Source: the human T2T-CHM13v2.0 reference genome, Homo sapiens
Direction: 5' to 3' (one strand)
NCBI RefSeq assembly: GCF_009914755.1
Contig: NC_060932.1
DNA: 64,000 bases
Positions 14,728-25,075 of this stretch are shown in pieces (position 1 is the stretch's first letter; the number at the start of each line of letters is the position of its first letter). The position numbers and the translations under genes were made by a program. The notes beneath the pieces are model-generated. The model was not told where the DNA came from, did no database searches, and worked only from the letters and a program-made list of their open reading frames with translations.

Positions 14728-14730
14728 TAT
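14685..14730. repeat. (AT)n(AC)n microsatellite
   Basis: Seen directly. Confidence 0.95.
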
Positions 14731-16354
14731 TTTAACTCGGGACATAAATGTACACCACCTATTCAAAGTAAAAACTACTATCTCAGAAGTAAAGACATAA
14801 TCCTGCTATTGTCATTAACTAGCAGTTAAGCTGCCTAACCTTTATGCAGTTCAGTTTCCCTACTATGAAAACCTGAAAGGTTGAAATCTGGTGGTTTACC
14901 TAACCTTTGAAAACGTCAATACCTAACTCAGATCAGAACGGAGCTACCTCTTCAGGGGAGTAGGGGGAAGGATCTCTGAAGATATTTCTAACCCTGCACA
15001 CTAGAAATCTCCTCTGTTTTGGTTCTAACATCCTTTGACCAAGAGTTTTACAATCAGACAGTCGTAGGTTCAAATTAAGCTCCCTCTTTGCTCAGTTGTT
15101 TTGTAACGGTGAATAAGTTACTTCTCAACTATAAACTGGGATAATATTCATCAAAAAAGATTATGAAAATTAAATACAAGGGCACACCTAACATAGTGCC
15201 ACTGCTGATGCGAAAAGTAACTCTGAAGACAATCTTGCAGCAAAACATTAACCAGCCAGTATAATCATGCCTAACAACTCTGGTTTGACATTTAAACTAA
15301 AAACACAACCTTATTTCTCAAGAATTAGAAAATTTCCATTCTGTACCAAACTGTAAAAGCGTTTCTTAGAATTTGTATGTTTCACAAAATAATTCACCAG
15401 AAATTCTTTTGTAATTCTGACTTGTGTATAAAAAAAAGCACTATGTCTATTAGTTATGCACTGCTGTCACCTCAACTATACAAACTGTTAACTTATTTGA
15501 AGATCAGATATGGCGTATGTCCTCATCAATGCCTTTCCAAAAATAATTAGTTGCCTCCGACATTAACAAAGGTATTTAATGACTTCACGATTTGAGAAAC
15601 CTTCTCCTGCCTGTCTCCAAAATTCTATAGACTCGCACAGCCCGCTGGCATTTACACCCAATTTAAGAAAATAGAAATTTTTGCCTGAAAACCAATTACT
15701 CTTCTAACCAGTATAATGACAACAAAGATTAACTTTCCCTTGCAAAAAGAAGCCGATAAACACAAGCCTTTCCCAGAAACTCTTCGCACAAACGCTGTTT
15801 TTTTTTTTCACGCTGAAGACACTAACAAATCAGAGTGACCAAGTAAATCCCCCAGGGTTTCCCTCTTACAAATTTGAAGAAGGCCGCTAAGTCTGGCAGC
15901 ACAACCCGACAGTGTCACCCCACACTATCAAAGCGGATCATTCGCAAAAAGCCTTTTTCAGCGACGAAAAGGGCATCAAGCATTTATCAGAAACACACAC
16001 CTCCCCCAGAGCGTCTCTACAACACCCGATATCCTTAATCACTTTAAAGAATGATCAGAAAAGTTCAGGGGAAAACCAATTATGCAAATATCCTTGGAAA
16101 AAGAAGCAACTTCCCTCCGTCTCTTTTTCCACGCGTCTGTGAAATATTCAGCATTCCCAACGTAAAAATTATCTTTTTAAAACGGGAGGGCAGCAGCAGT
16201 CACTGGCCGAGGGGCACCCGCCGACCCCCCGCCCCACCCCGCCCAGCCCCACCAGCTCCGCACTTTCTTGAGCCCCGCACCCGAGTTCGGCGGAAGGTTG
16301 CTGCTCCCGGGGCTGGCACCGCGGGCGCCGGGCCCGCCACCGCCTCCTCCCAGA

Positions 16355-16365
16355 CAGCCATTTTT
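16355..16365 (-). promoter_or_regulatory. YY1 motif AAAAATGGCTG in proximal intron 1
   Basis: Plus strand cagccattttt matches the YY1 consensus on the minus strand. Confidence 0.6.
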
Positions 16366-16889
16366 ACCCGCGGAGTAGGCGGCCCGGTCCCCAGAGCGGG
16401 CTCGTTCAAACCTCCTCCCCTCCCTCCGCAGCCCAGGGTTTCCCCGGCCTCCTGGGGGACGTGAGATGGACCTGCAGGGTAACAGCCTTTGTAGATCTCA
16501 GAATGGATCAGAATCATTTGTTACCGAACAAGCGATGATGCGGGCCCAAGCTGCATGGGTCCGGGCCGAGGGCGGGCCCGGGGCGAAGGGGGCTGGGCGG
16601 GTGGCGCCGCCGCTTGGGCGCCGGGAGGGTGGCAGCACGCGTGGGCGCGGCGAGGGCTGCCTTCTCCCTCGCCCTCCCGCCCCCAGGAGTCCGGCTCCCC
16701 GACGGCAGAGCGGCGGGGAAAGGGTGGGGGGAGGGAGCTGGAGGAAAAGAAGGGGTCGGCCGAGTCTCTTACCTTGCTCTCCGCTGGGAGTTGGGCGGGC
16801 TGGGTGGCCCGGGGAGGGGAAAAGGGTCGGGGGAGGGGGTGGGGAAAGGGGGGAGCCCTTGCGAGGTGTAGCTTCCGAGCAGCTCCCGC

Positions 16890-16962
16890 CGCCGCCACAG
16901 CCGGCGCCTCCTTTCCGATTCACTCAAACAAACAAGATGGCTGCCGTTACGCCGCGGCTCTT
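16890..16962 (-). ncRNA. MIR3610: MIR3610 annotated hairpin; mature GAAUCGGAAAGGAGGCGCCG at 16921-16902
   Basis: Sequence matches the recalled hsa-miR-3610; end pairing GCCGCGGC/GCUGUGGC is visible. Status as a true miRNA is doubtful. Confidence 0.6.
16933..16944 (+). promoter_or_regulatory. YY1 motif CAAGATGGCTGC at the RAD21 TSS region
   Basis: Matches the YY1 consensus AANATGGC. Confidence 0.7.
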
Positions 16963-16982
16963 CCTGCCGCCCAAATCCTCGG

Positions 16983-16988
16983 TTCAAA
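16983..16988 (-). promoter_or_regulatory. Candidate CHR element (TTTGAA; DREAM/MuvB site typical of G2/M genes)
   Basis: Exact hexamer next to the TSS region with a CCAAT box upstream. A short motif that could occur by chance. Confidence 0.45.
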
Positions 16989-17021
16989 TCGGCAGGATGT
17001 TTACGGTCAAAATGGTACCTG

Positions 17022-17214
17022 TGCGCCTGCGCAGCCAGCCCAAGCCCCCCCCTCCCCCCAGAAGGAGCGGCGCAGGCGCAATGACTATTTCCTTTTCTTT
17101 GGAACCCGCCCTCTGTTTGTGGAGTCCACAACTGAGCAAGCGCAAAGGTGATTCTCTTGCGAGGGTCTTTGAGAGTTGCGGTGTTAGCCAATAGCGTAAG
17201 ATAGCGCACGCGCA
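17022..17214. promoter_or_regulatory. Three NRF1-type motifs (TGCGCCTGCGCA 17022-17033; GCGCAGGCGCA 17070-17080; GCGCACGCGCA 17204-17214) and an NF-Y box AGCCAATAG (CCAAT 17188-17192)
   Basis: Direct motif matches; this combination is typical of bidirectional CpG promoters. Confidence 0.7.
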
Positions 17215-17563
17215 GTGCTTTCCAGTGCGGTGAATATTTGCGTTTAGCTTTATTCTTGTGCTTGTTTTAAAGAAAAAAGCTGTCGTGGTGCAATTTTGTG
17301 TGCCCCCACCAAAAAATTCATTTTATGGCTCTATAGGGATGAAAGTAACATAAAAACCTCAAACTAATTCCATAAAATATAGAGGTTCATTTATTCAGTC
17401 AACCTATATTATAGAGGGTCTTCTGTTTGCTACACGTTGGGCTCTGGATATAATGATTAATATAACAGAGATAATAACTGCCTTTTGGAAATTTTCAGTA
17501 TTGCTTGGGAGGAATCTTAAAATTTCTTATTTTAAAAGACTTACTTGTACCACGAAGAAATTT

Positions 17564-19415
17564 ACTTTTGTTTTTATTGTAGAGATCTTTCCAGTGATGA
17601 AAGAAATTGAAGAGGACACACAAAAATGGAAATATATTCCATGTTCATGGATTGGAAGAATCAATATTGTTAAAATTTCCATACTACCCAGAGCAATCTA
17701 CAGATTCAATGTAATCCCTATCAAAATATCAATGACATTCTTCACAGAAAGAGGAAAAAAATCCTAAAATTTATATGGAACCACAATAAGACCAAGAATA
17801 GCCAAAGCAATCCTGAGCAAAAGAATAAAGCTGGAGGCATCACATTACCTGACTTCAAATTATACTACAAAGTGATAGTAAACAAAACAGCATGGTGCTG
17901 GCATAAAAACAGACACATAGACTAACGGAACAGAATAGAGGACCTATAAATAAATCAATACATATACAGTCAACTAATTTCTGACAAAGCTGCCAAGAAC
18001 ATACGTTGGGAAAAGGATGGTCTTTTCCAAAAATTGTTCTGGAAAAACTAGATAACTATATGTAGAAGAATGAAACAGATCACTATCTTTTGCCATATTA
18101 AAAAAATCAAAACAAAATGGCTTGAAGACTGGAATCTAAGATTTGAAACTATTGAAACTACTAGAAGAAAACGTTAGGGAAGTGCTCCAGAACCAAATAT
18201 TTCTTAGTAAGACCTTAAAAGCATAGGCAAGCAAAGCAAAAATGGACAAATGGGATCATGCCAAGCTAAGAACCTTCTGCAAAGCAAACAACAAAGTGAA
18301 GAGACAACCCATCAAGTGGGGGAAAATACTTGCAAACTACTCATCTATCACAGAATTAATAGCCATAATATATAAGGAGCTCAAACAATATAATAGGAAA
18401 ATAATCCAATTAAAATTGAGCAAAAGACCTGAATGGTTATTTCTCAAAAAAGACATACAAATGGCCAACAGGGATATGAAAAAATGCTTAACATCACTAA
18501 TCATCAGAGAAATGCATATCAAAACTAGGATGAGGTATAATCTCATCCCAGTTGAAATGGCTTTTATCCAAAATACAGGCAATAATGAATGCTGATAAAG
18601 ATGTGGAGAAAGAGAAACACTCGTACACTGTTGGTAGGAATGTATGTTAGTACAGCACTGTGAAGAACAGTATAGAGATTCCTTAAAAACCTAAATATAG
18701 AGCCACCATATGAGCCAGCAATCCCACTCCTGAGTAAATACCCCCCCCCCAAAAAAAAGGAAATCAGTACATCAGAGTGGTATCTGCCCTCTCACATTTA
18801 TTGCAGCAAGATTCACAATTGTCAAGATATGGTATCAACGTAAGTGTCCATCAGTGGATAGATGGGTAAAGAAAATGTGGTACACATACACAAGATAATA
18901 TTTTTCAGCCATAAAAAAGAAAAAAAGTCCTTTCATTTGCTGCAACATGGATAGAACTGGAAGACATTAAGTGAAATAAACCAGGCACAGAAAGACATTA
19001 GTGTGAATGTTCACACTAATATGTGGGAGCTTAAAAAAAAAAAAAAGAACTCATTGAGATAGAAGGTAGAATGATGGTTACCAGAGCCTGGGAAAGGTAG
19101 TGGGGAGGGGGCAGATGAGTACAAAATCTGCCCCCTCAGATTTGGTACAAAAATACAATTAGAAAGAAGGAATAAAGTCTAGTGTTTGGTAGCACAATAG
19201 GGAAACTATAGTTAATAACTTACTATATATTTCAAAATAACTAAAAGAGTGGAATTGGAATGTTTCTAACACAAAGAAATGATAAATACTTGAGGTGATG
19301 GATACCCCAATTACCATGGTTTGTTACACATTGTATGCTTGTATTGAAATGTCAGACGTACCTTATAATTGTGTACAACTATTATGAATCCATAATAATA
19401 AAAACGTATTTTAAA
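17564..19415 (+). mobile_element. 5'-truncated L1MA (L1MA3/4-like) with a short inverted 5' end
   Basis: ORF2 relics ([17 protein letters not shown]; MDKWDHAKLRTFC), L1MA 3'UTR, TSD aagaaattt at 17555-17563 and 19416-19424. Confidence 0.9.
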
Positions 19416-20439
19416 AAGAAATTTTGTGTCCAGTTTCTGAATGTATTTTCATTTTAAAGTAAAACACACAGGAAAAGCAGACATTTAAGTCCATATACTC
19501 CTCATTGTCAGCAACCACTACTTCTGGACACTTCCAGGATTTTAATGACACACAGAACACCTCACTTTTACCCTTCTTATGCTGATATAGGAGATGGATA
19601 AGAAAGTGGACAGTCTTGTGCTCCACTCACTGTGGGTCCACTGTTTTTGGGTTGGGGCAAGGTTCGTCTCACTGGCTGGAGTCCATTAGCTAAGTGGCCA
19701 TACTGGCCACAGCTCAAAGCTTTATCAAGTGAATTTCTGTTGTAGTTAGCCAAATATTTTATGTTCTTTTGGTTTGTTTTTAATGGAGACTTTAAGAAAT
19801 TGGCATTAAGGATAGTTGTTAAAATCCCAAGCTGGGGAGTGAAGGAGTACAAGCACTTTTAACATTTTAAGCATGCTTTCCCTCGACCAATATAGATTAG
19901 ATGCTCAAAGCACTTAAATCCTTCCTGCTGGTGTGGCTTTAAGCAAACTCAACAGTGGCAGTTGTTGCATCATCTCAAAAAAAAAAAAAAATACAAGCTC
20001 ATTAACAATTAAACTCCTTGCAACAGAAATTAGATTTCTGCCAGTGAACAATTTAATTCTTCACTTCAAAATAATTTCGGTGTATCAGCTGCTAAATGAC
20101 CTCAAAACTAATCATGTGGGAAAAGTCTCCTGTCAGGTTAAGAATCACACAACCATGTTGCATGGTGAAGACGTTGTCGTTCATATTAAATTTCAGTTTA
20201 AATCAATCCCAGCTTCAAACTATGGCCAGGTGAATATGCATTGCCACTTCTTGTCTCTCTTATATTACATTAGCTTTTAGAGTTTTTGTTCATGGAACCA
20301 TATATTTTTCATCTGTATTTGAATAAAAACAATTCTCTTTTCCTCATTTCTAGCAGCAAGTCTGATTCTAATATTTAAATCAACAGGCTTACCTTTTTCT
20401 TAAGACATTTATTTTTCTACTTTTGGGGGATGGTTATGA

Positions 20440-20640
20440 ACATGGGCTTTGGGTTCAAATTCTTCTCTTCTACCTCCCAGCTGTTTTAACATGTACAATT
20501 AATGTCTGAGCTTTGATTTCTTTATTAATAAAATGAGGGTAATACTTGTCATGATGTTTGAAATAATTCAATAGGATCACATACACAAAGTGCTTAGTAT
20601 AGTGCTTGGAACTGAGTAATTAATAAATGGCAGGTATTAC
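20440..20640 (+). mobile_element. MIR fragment
   Basis: gggttcaaattc ... taaaatgagggtaatac ... aaagtgcttagtatagtgcttgg. Confidence 0.65.
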
Positions 20641-20790
20641 TCTAGTTTTATCTGCTTTCTGAATAATAAGATATCAAGCAAGGTATGGGAAATATTTATC
20701 AGATATTCAATTTATAAGAACATCAGTAAACACCGGGATACTCTGCCCCATTCTGACTATATCCTGTTTTATGTTTATATTTGAAAATTA

Positions 20791-20870
20791 TTCTCTCTCT
20801 CTCTCTGTCTTCTCTCTCCTCTCTCTCTCTGTCTTCTCTCTCTCTTCTCTGTCTCTCTCCATCTTTCTCT
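20791..20870. repeat. Imperfect (TC)n polypyrimidine microsatellite
   Basis: Seen directly. Confidence 0.9.
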
Positions 20871-21636
20871 TACATGCTGTTCTCCTACCCCAAGTTACCT
20901 CCCAAAGTACTACATTTCTTTTCTCTTGAACTATTTATTCTTACTCAGAGCTCCCAACTCTGAGCCCGCCTTCCCATTTGTAGATTTTAATATAGTTTCT
21001 TCACATACAGTCCTAATCCCCTAAATGGCTGGATTTGATTCTTTGAACAAGTTGTATGTTTTATTCTGGCTTGGAGTCTCCTCTTATCAACATACCCATC
21101 CACCTCCTTGTATTAAAATGTCAAGTTAAATTTCTTATTGCAGGAGTTAGCTGCAGTATCTCTTCTCCCTGGAAATACTTATCTGATGAATGTGCATTTG
21201 TCAAAATTAGTAATTGTGAATTTGTTTGACTAAAACCATGAGAGGACAGATTTCAGTTACAGATTTTGTCTTTCTTCAGTTGCAAATGGTATGCTTTCCT
21301 TTTCTGATTAGTCAGTTGATGACTTGTATGATTTGGGGAAATCACTGAGAAACTGGGTGTTGCCACTGTCTTGAGTATATCTATAAAAACAGCTGCGTTC
21401 TGTCTATATCACGTTATTTTATGATGACACCCCCCCCACACACACAACTGAGAGTTTTTTTTGTGAGATAAAAACTGTTATGGCAAAAAAAGAGAGAAAA
21501 TATACTGTTATAGAAAAAGATGATAAAACTTACAGTAGCAGATTTGTTTAAGATTTACATATACTGTTGTAGACTTGCTCCTCTGAACTGGCAAACTTTT
21601 AAAACAGGATTCTCTATAACATTAAAATAATTATAG

Positions 21637-21898
<262 letters not shown>

Positions 21899-22909
21899 TT
21901 ATTATTATTATAGTAAGTAGGAGGAATTAGGTGAAGAGAAGAATAAGACAAGAAAATAGATATTTCAATGTTCGGGAGGATGGGTATTAAACATGTGGTG
22001 CACCAGGTTTTTAAAAATTTTTATTTAAATAAAAATCAAAGTATAAAATATGATGATCAAAGAAAAGTTCAGAAAGAGTGAATAGCCTTTTTAAGGTTTT
22101 GGGCTAAGCAAAGAAAAATGGACTGAAAGTGACTTTAAAAACTGTAGATTCTGGCTTTCCTTCTAGTGCCAACAGTATCCTTACAAGGGGTTTTGGTCAA
22201 AAAGGGAATGCATTTTAAGGACAAAATTCAAGGAAGAAATGTCATAATCAGACATAAACATTATATGAGATGTAGGGGAATTAAGGACAAAATGTCATTA
22301 TTTGAAACAATTCCTAATTCACTAGATATTAATTAAATTAGTGATAATAGTGTGTGCATGTGTGTGAGAGAGAGAGAAAAAGAAAGAGAGAGAGAAACCG
22401 AGAGAAAGAGTTTTGTAAGCCTTAGAAAACATAGGTTTCATTCACAGTCACATCCTCAACTTCAAGCAGAAGCTGAGGTTTGAGTTTTAACGTTTGAGCT
22501 GAGGTTTGGGGTTTGAGGCAGGACTCCAGAAAGCGGCTGCAAGCATCCCTATTATGGCTGGGCTAAGGGTCTGCTCACGCAGGTATGTATCAGCAGTGGA
22601 AAATCACCAGGGGCCAGGAGTGGGCCCAGGGATAATAGGGGGTAGTCTCTGGGCCAGATGGAAATGTGAGTTTATCAAGGACCGAAGTGGAGATGAGGGG
22701 AAGCCTCAGAGGCAGAAGCTGGGTCAAGGTCTTATGTTAATCACTTGGACTTCTCTCAGAAAATTTCATTATGCTAATATTTCAATACTGGGAGCATTTT
22801 TAACTCTAGCTGGGAATTTTTCTCAGTGAGTATTTTGATGCATTTCCTCTATTTTAAAGCCCATCATATCTTCCACAATTGTGCCGCATCTTTGAGAATA
22901 ATGAGTGCT

Positions 22910-23030
22910 AGCTGGATAGGTAGTGTGCACCTGTAGTCCCAACTACTCAGGAGGATGGCTTGAGCCCAGGAGTTCAAGTCCAGCCTGGGCAACATAGCAG
23001 ACCCCCAGCTCCAAAAACAGAAAGAAAAAA
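22910..23030 (+). mobile_element. Alu monomer (FLAM_A-like) with internal deletion
   Basis: cctgtagtcccaactactcaggaggatggcttgagcccaggag followed by an A-rich tail. Confidence 0.75.
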
Positions 23031-24019
23031 TAATAGTTGCTTTCTAAAAGCAGAAGGTTAGTGTTTATTCTGAAATCCCCTCGCCATTCCAGAATGCAGA
23101 CATTTTTGTTTTAATACAATATACATTGTTCCTTTGATTCTGTGAAATTGCTTGGAAAAATTATTGGGAAAACTCAGGAAAAATAGGGTTGAGATAGATT
23201 TCTTAAAACCAATGCAACTAACAAAAGTGCTAACAATCCTAATAAAAATTATTAAATATATGTTAAATTGCCACCAATCAAGGAAATAATATAGCAAATA
23301 TAGTACTTTTACCACAAAGAAGGTGAAAGTGCTTGGAGAGAAGGGTGTAACAAAAGGTAGAAGTTACTGAGTTATGAGAAAAGAGTCAAATGCAGAGATT
23401 AAGTGCTTGCTGCAGTAAGCAGTCCAAAGACACAACATGGAGATAAAGTGAGCCAAAAGCTAACTTGAAGTGAATGGGCACTATGTGCAGTCCTTTGTTC
23501 TCTGTGGCTAGATGCTCAGCTGTGTTAATGTGTTTTACATGAACTTGATGGGATCAAAAAATTAATGTGCTGGGAAACACAAAGTTACAAAGGTAACTTC
23601 CATGCCGTTTGGAAATCATTCCCCTATTTGTTAATGACATATGAGGAATTAGTGTTATTATAGAAACTCACACTGCAACTTAGTACCTAAGACTAAATTT
23701 GGGGTTTTATTATCAGTGAGATCTGATATATTTATGGTAGGGTGGTAGAGAGTGATATTTCTCCACTTATAATGGGCTATTTACCTTGGGGTCTTGGCTA
23801 AATCAGGTTAAAATTTAGTAGTTTGGGGTGGGGCTGGGGAGTCTGCTTTTTTAACAGCTTCAGGTAATTCCAAGGCTGCCACTATGGGGACCACACTGAG
23901 GATTTTTCTTTGATTTAATTTTAAATCATGTTTAATTTATTTTTATTTTCTTTTATTTATTTTATATTAATTTCTTTATTTTTATTTTGTATTGTTCTCT
24001 AACCCTCGTAGATGAAGAG

Positions 24020-24260
24020 GATTTTTGAAAAATAGACTTTGGAATCAAGTAGAACTTGGTTTGCATCATGGCTCTTCTATCTAGTAGCTGTGTAACCTTC
24101 AGCAAGTTGCCCAACCTCTCTAAGGCTGAGTTTTCTTATTTGTAAAATCAGGTTAATTGTATCTACCACCTCAGTGCTGTGTTGTTTATGTCATGCAATG
24201 ATGTATATAAAGCATCTAGCATAGTGTTTAGCATGTTATGTGATCTCAGTAAATAATGGT
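24020..24260 (+). mobile_element. MIR
   Basis: tagtagctgtgtaaccttcagcaagttgcccaacctctct ... ttgtaaaat. Confidence 0.7.
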
Positions 24261-24271
24261 TAAAGAGCATC

Positions 24272-24530
<259 letters not shown>

Positions 24531-24654
24531 TAATCACACACTCATTTGCCTCAACATATTTACTATTTTTTTCCTCCTGAAATGTACTTATTCTCTCTTT
24601 TCTGAATCGATCTTTATTCTATGCTGAGTTCTATGGCAAAAGCTGAGAATTGTT

Positions 24655-25075
24655 TCCCAACATCTTTGTTTTTTTTTTAGTTTTGCACATGGCACCCAGC
24701 TAAATGATTACATTTTCCAGTGTCTCTTGCATATAGGTGTGGCCAAGAGAATATGTTTTACTCAAATTTTATGTGGGCATTACTAGAATATATCTACAAA
24801 ATGGAGCAACCTTTCTTCTCATTCTTTATTTTGCTGCTTGGAATATAGATAAAATGGCTGGTGCTCCAGCAGCATTTTGGGCAATGAAGACAAAGGATAA
24901 GCTAAGGATAGTAAATCAGTGATATGGACAAATCTGAGTACATAACAACTTTGTAAAGCTGTCTCATAAACCCGCAACTGGCTACCTCCAGACTTATTTT
25001 ATGTAAATGAGAAATAAAGTCCTGTCTTGATTTTTTTTCCTGTTATATGTAGCTTACTCTAATCCTCACTGATAC
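24655..25075 (+). mobile_element. Old MaLR LTR (MLT1-like)
   Basis: atggctggtgctccagcagcatttt ... acctccagactt ... gagaaataaa. Confidence 0.6.

Larger units (their letters stand above)
16773..17010 (-). other. RAD21: RAD21 non-coding exon 1 (C-rich 5'UTR); 5' end approximate, TSS probably dispersed over ~16930-17010
   Basis: Strong donor AAG|gtaaga (GT at 16772-16771) inside the CpG island; no upstream AUG; matches the recalled RAD21 mRNA leader. Confidence 0.85.
16130..17230. promoter_or_regulatory. CpG island / bidirectional RAD21 promoter
   Basis: Abrupt GC- and CpG-rich segment in AT-rich DNA, covering exon 1, with several GC boxes. Confidence 0.93.
16580..19035 (+). ncRNA. RAD21-AS1: RAD21-AS1 antisense lncRNA (approximate limits)
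   Basis: Recalled annotation of this locus, not derivable from sequence. Consistent with a bidirectional CpG island; most of its span would be L1MA-derived. Confidence 0.45.

Noticed and set aside
16615-16640. CTCF-like CCGGGAGGGTGGCAGCA near exon 1 (possible cohesin autoregulation)
   Set aside because: Does not align to CCASYAGRKGGCRS without a gap or a mismatch at the core AG.
16466-17194. 242-aa and 198-aa plus-strand ORFs across the CpG island
   Set aside because: Gly/Pro/Arg-rich low-complexity frames expected in stop-poor GC-rich DNA; nearly all frames are open here and no domain is recognisable.
20781-20963. Ser/Leu-rich ORF
   Set aside because: Translation of the (TC)n microsatellite.
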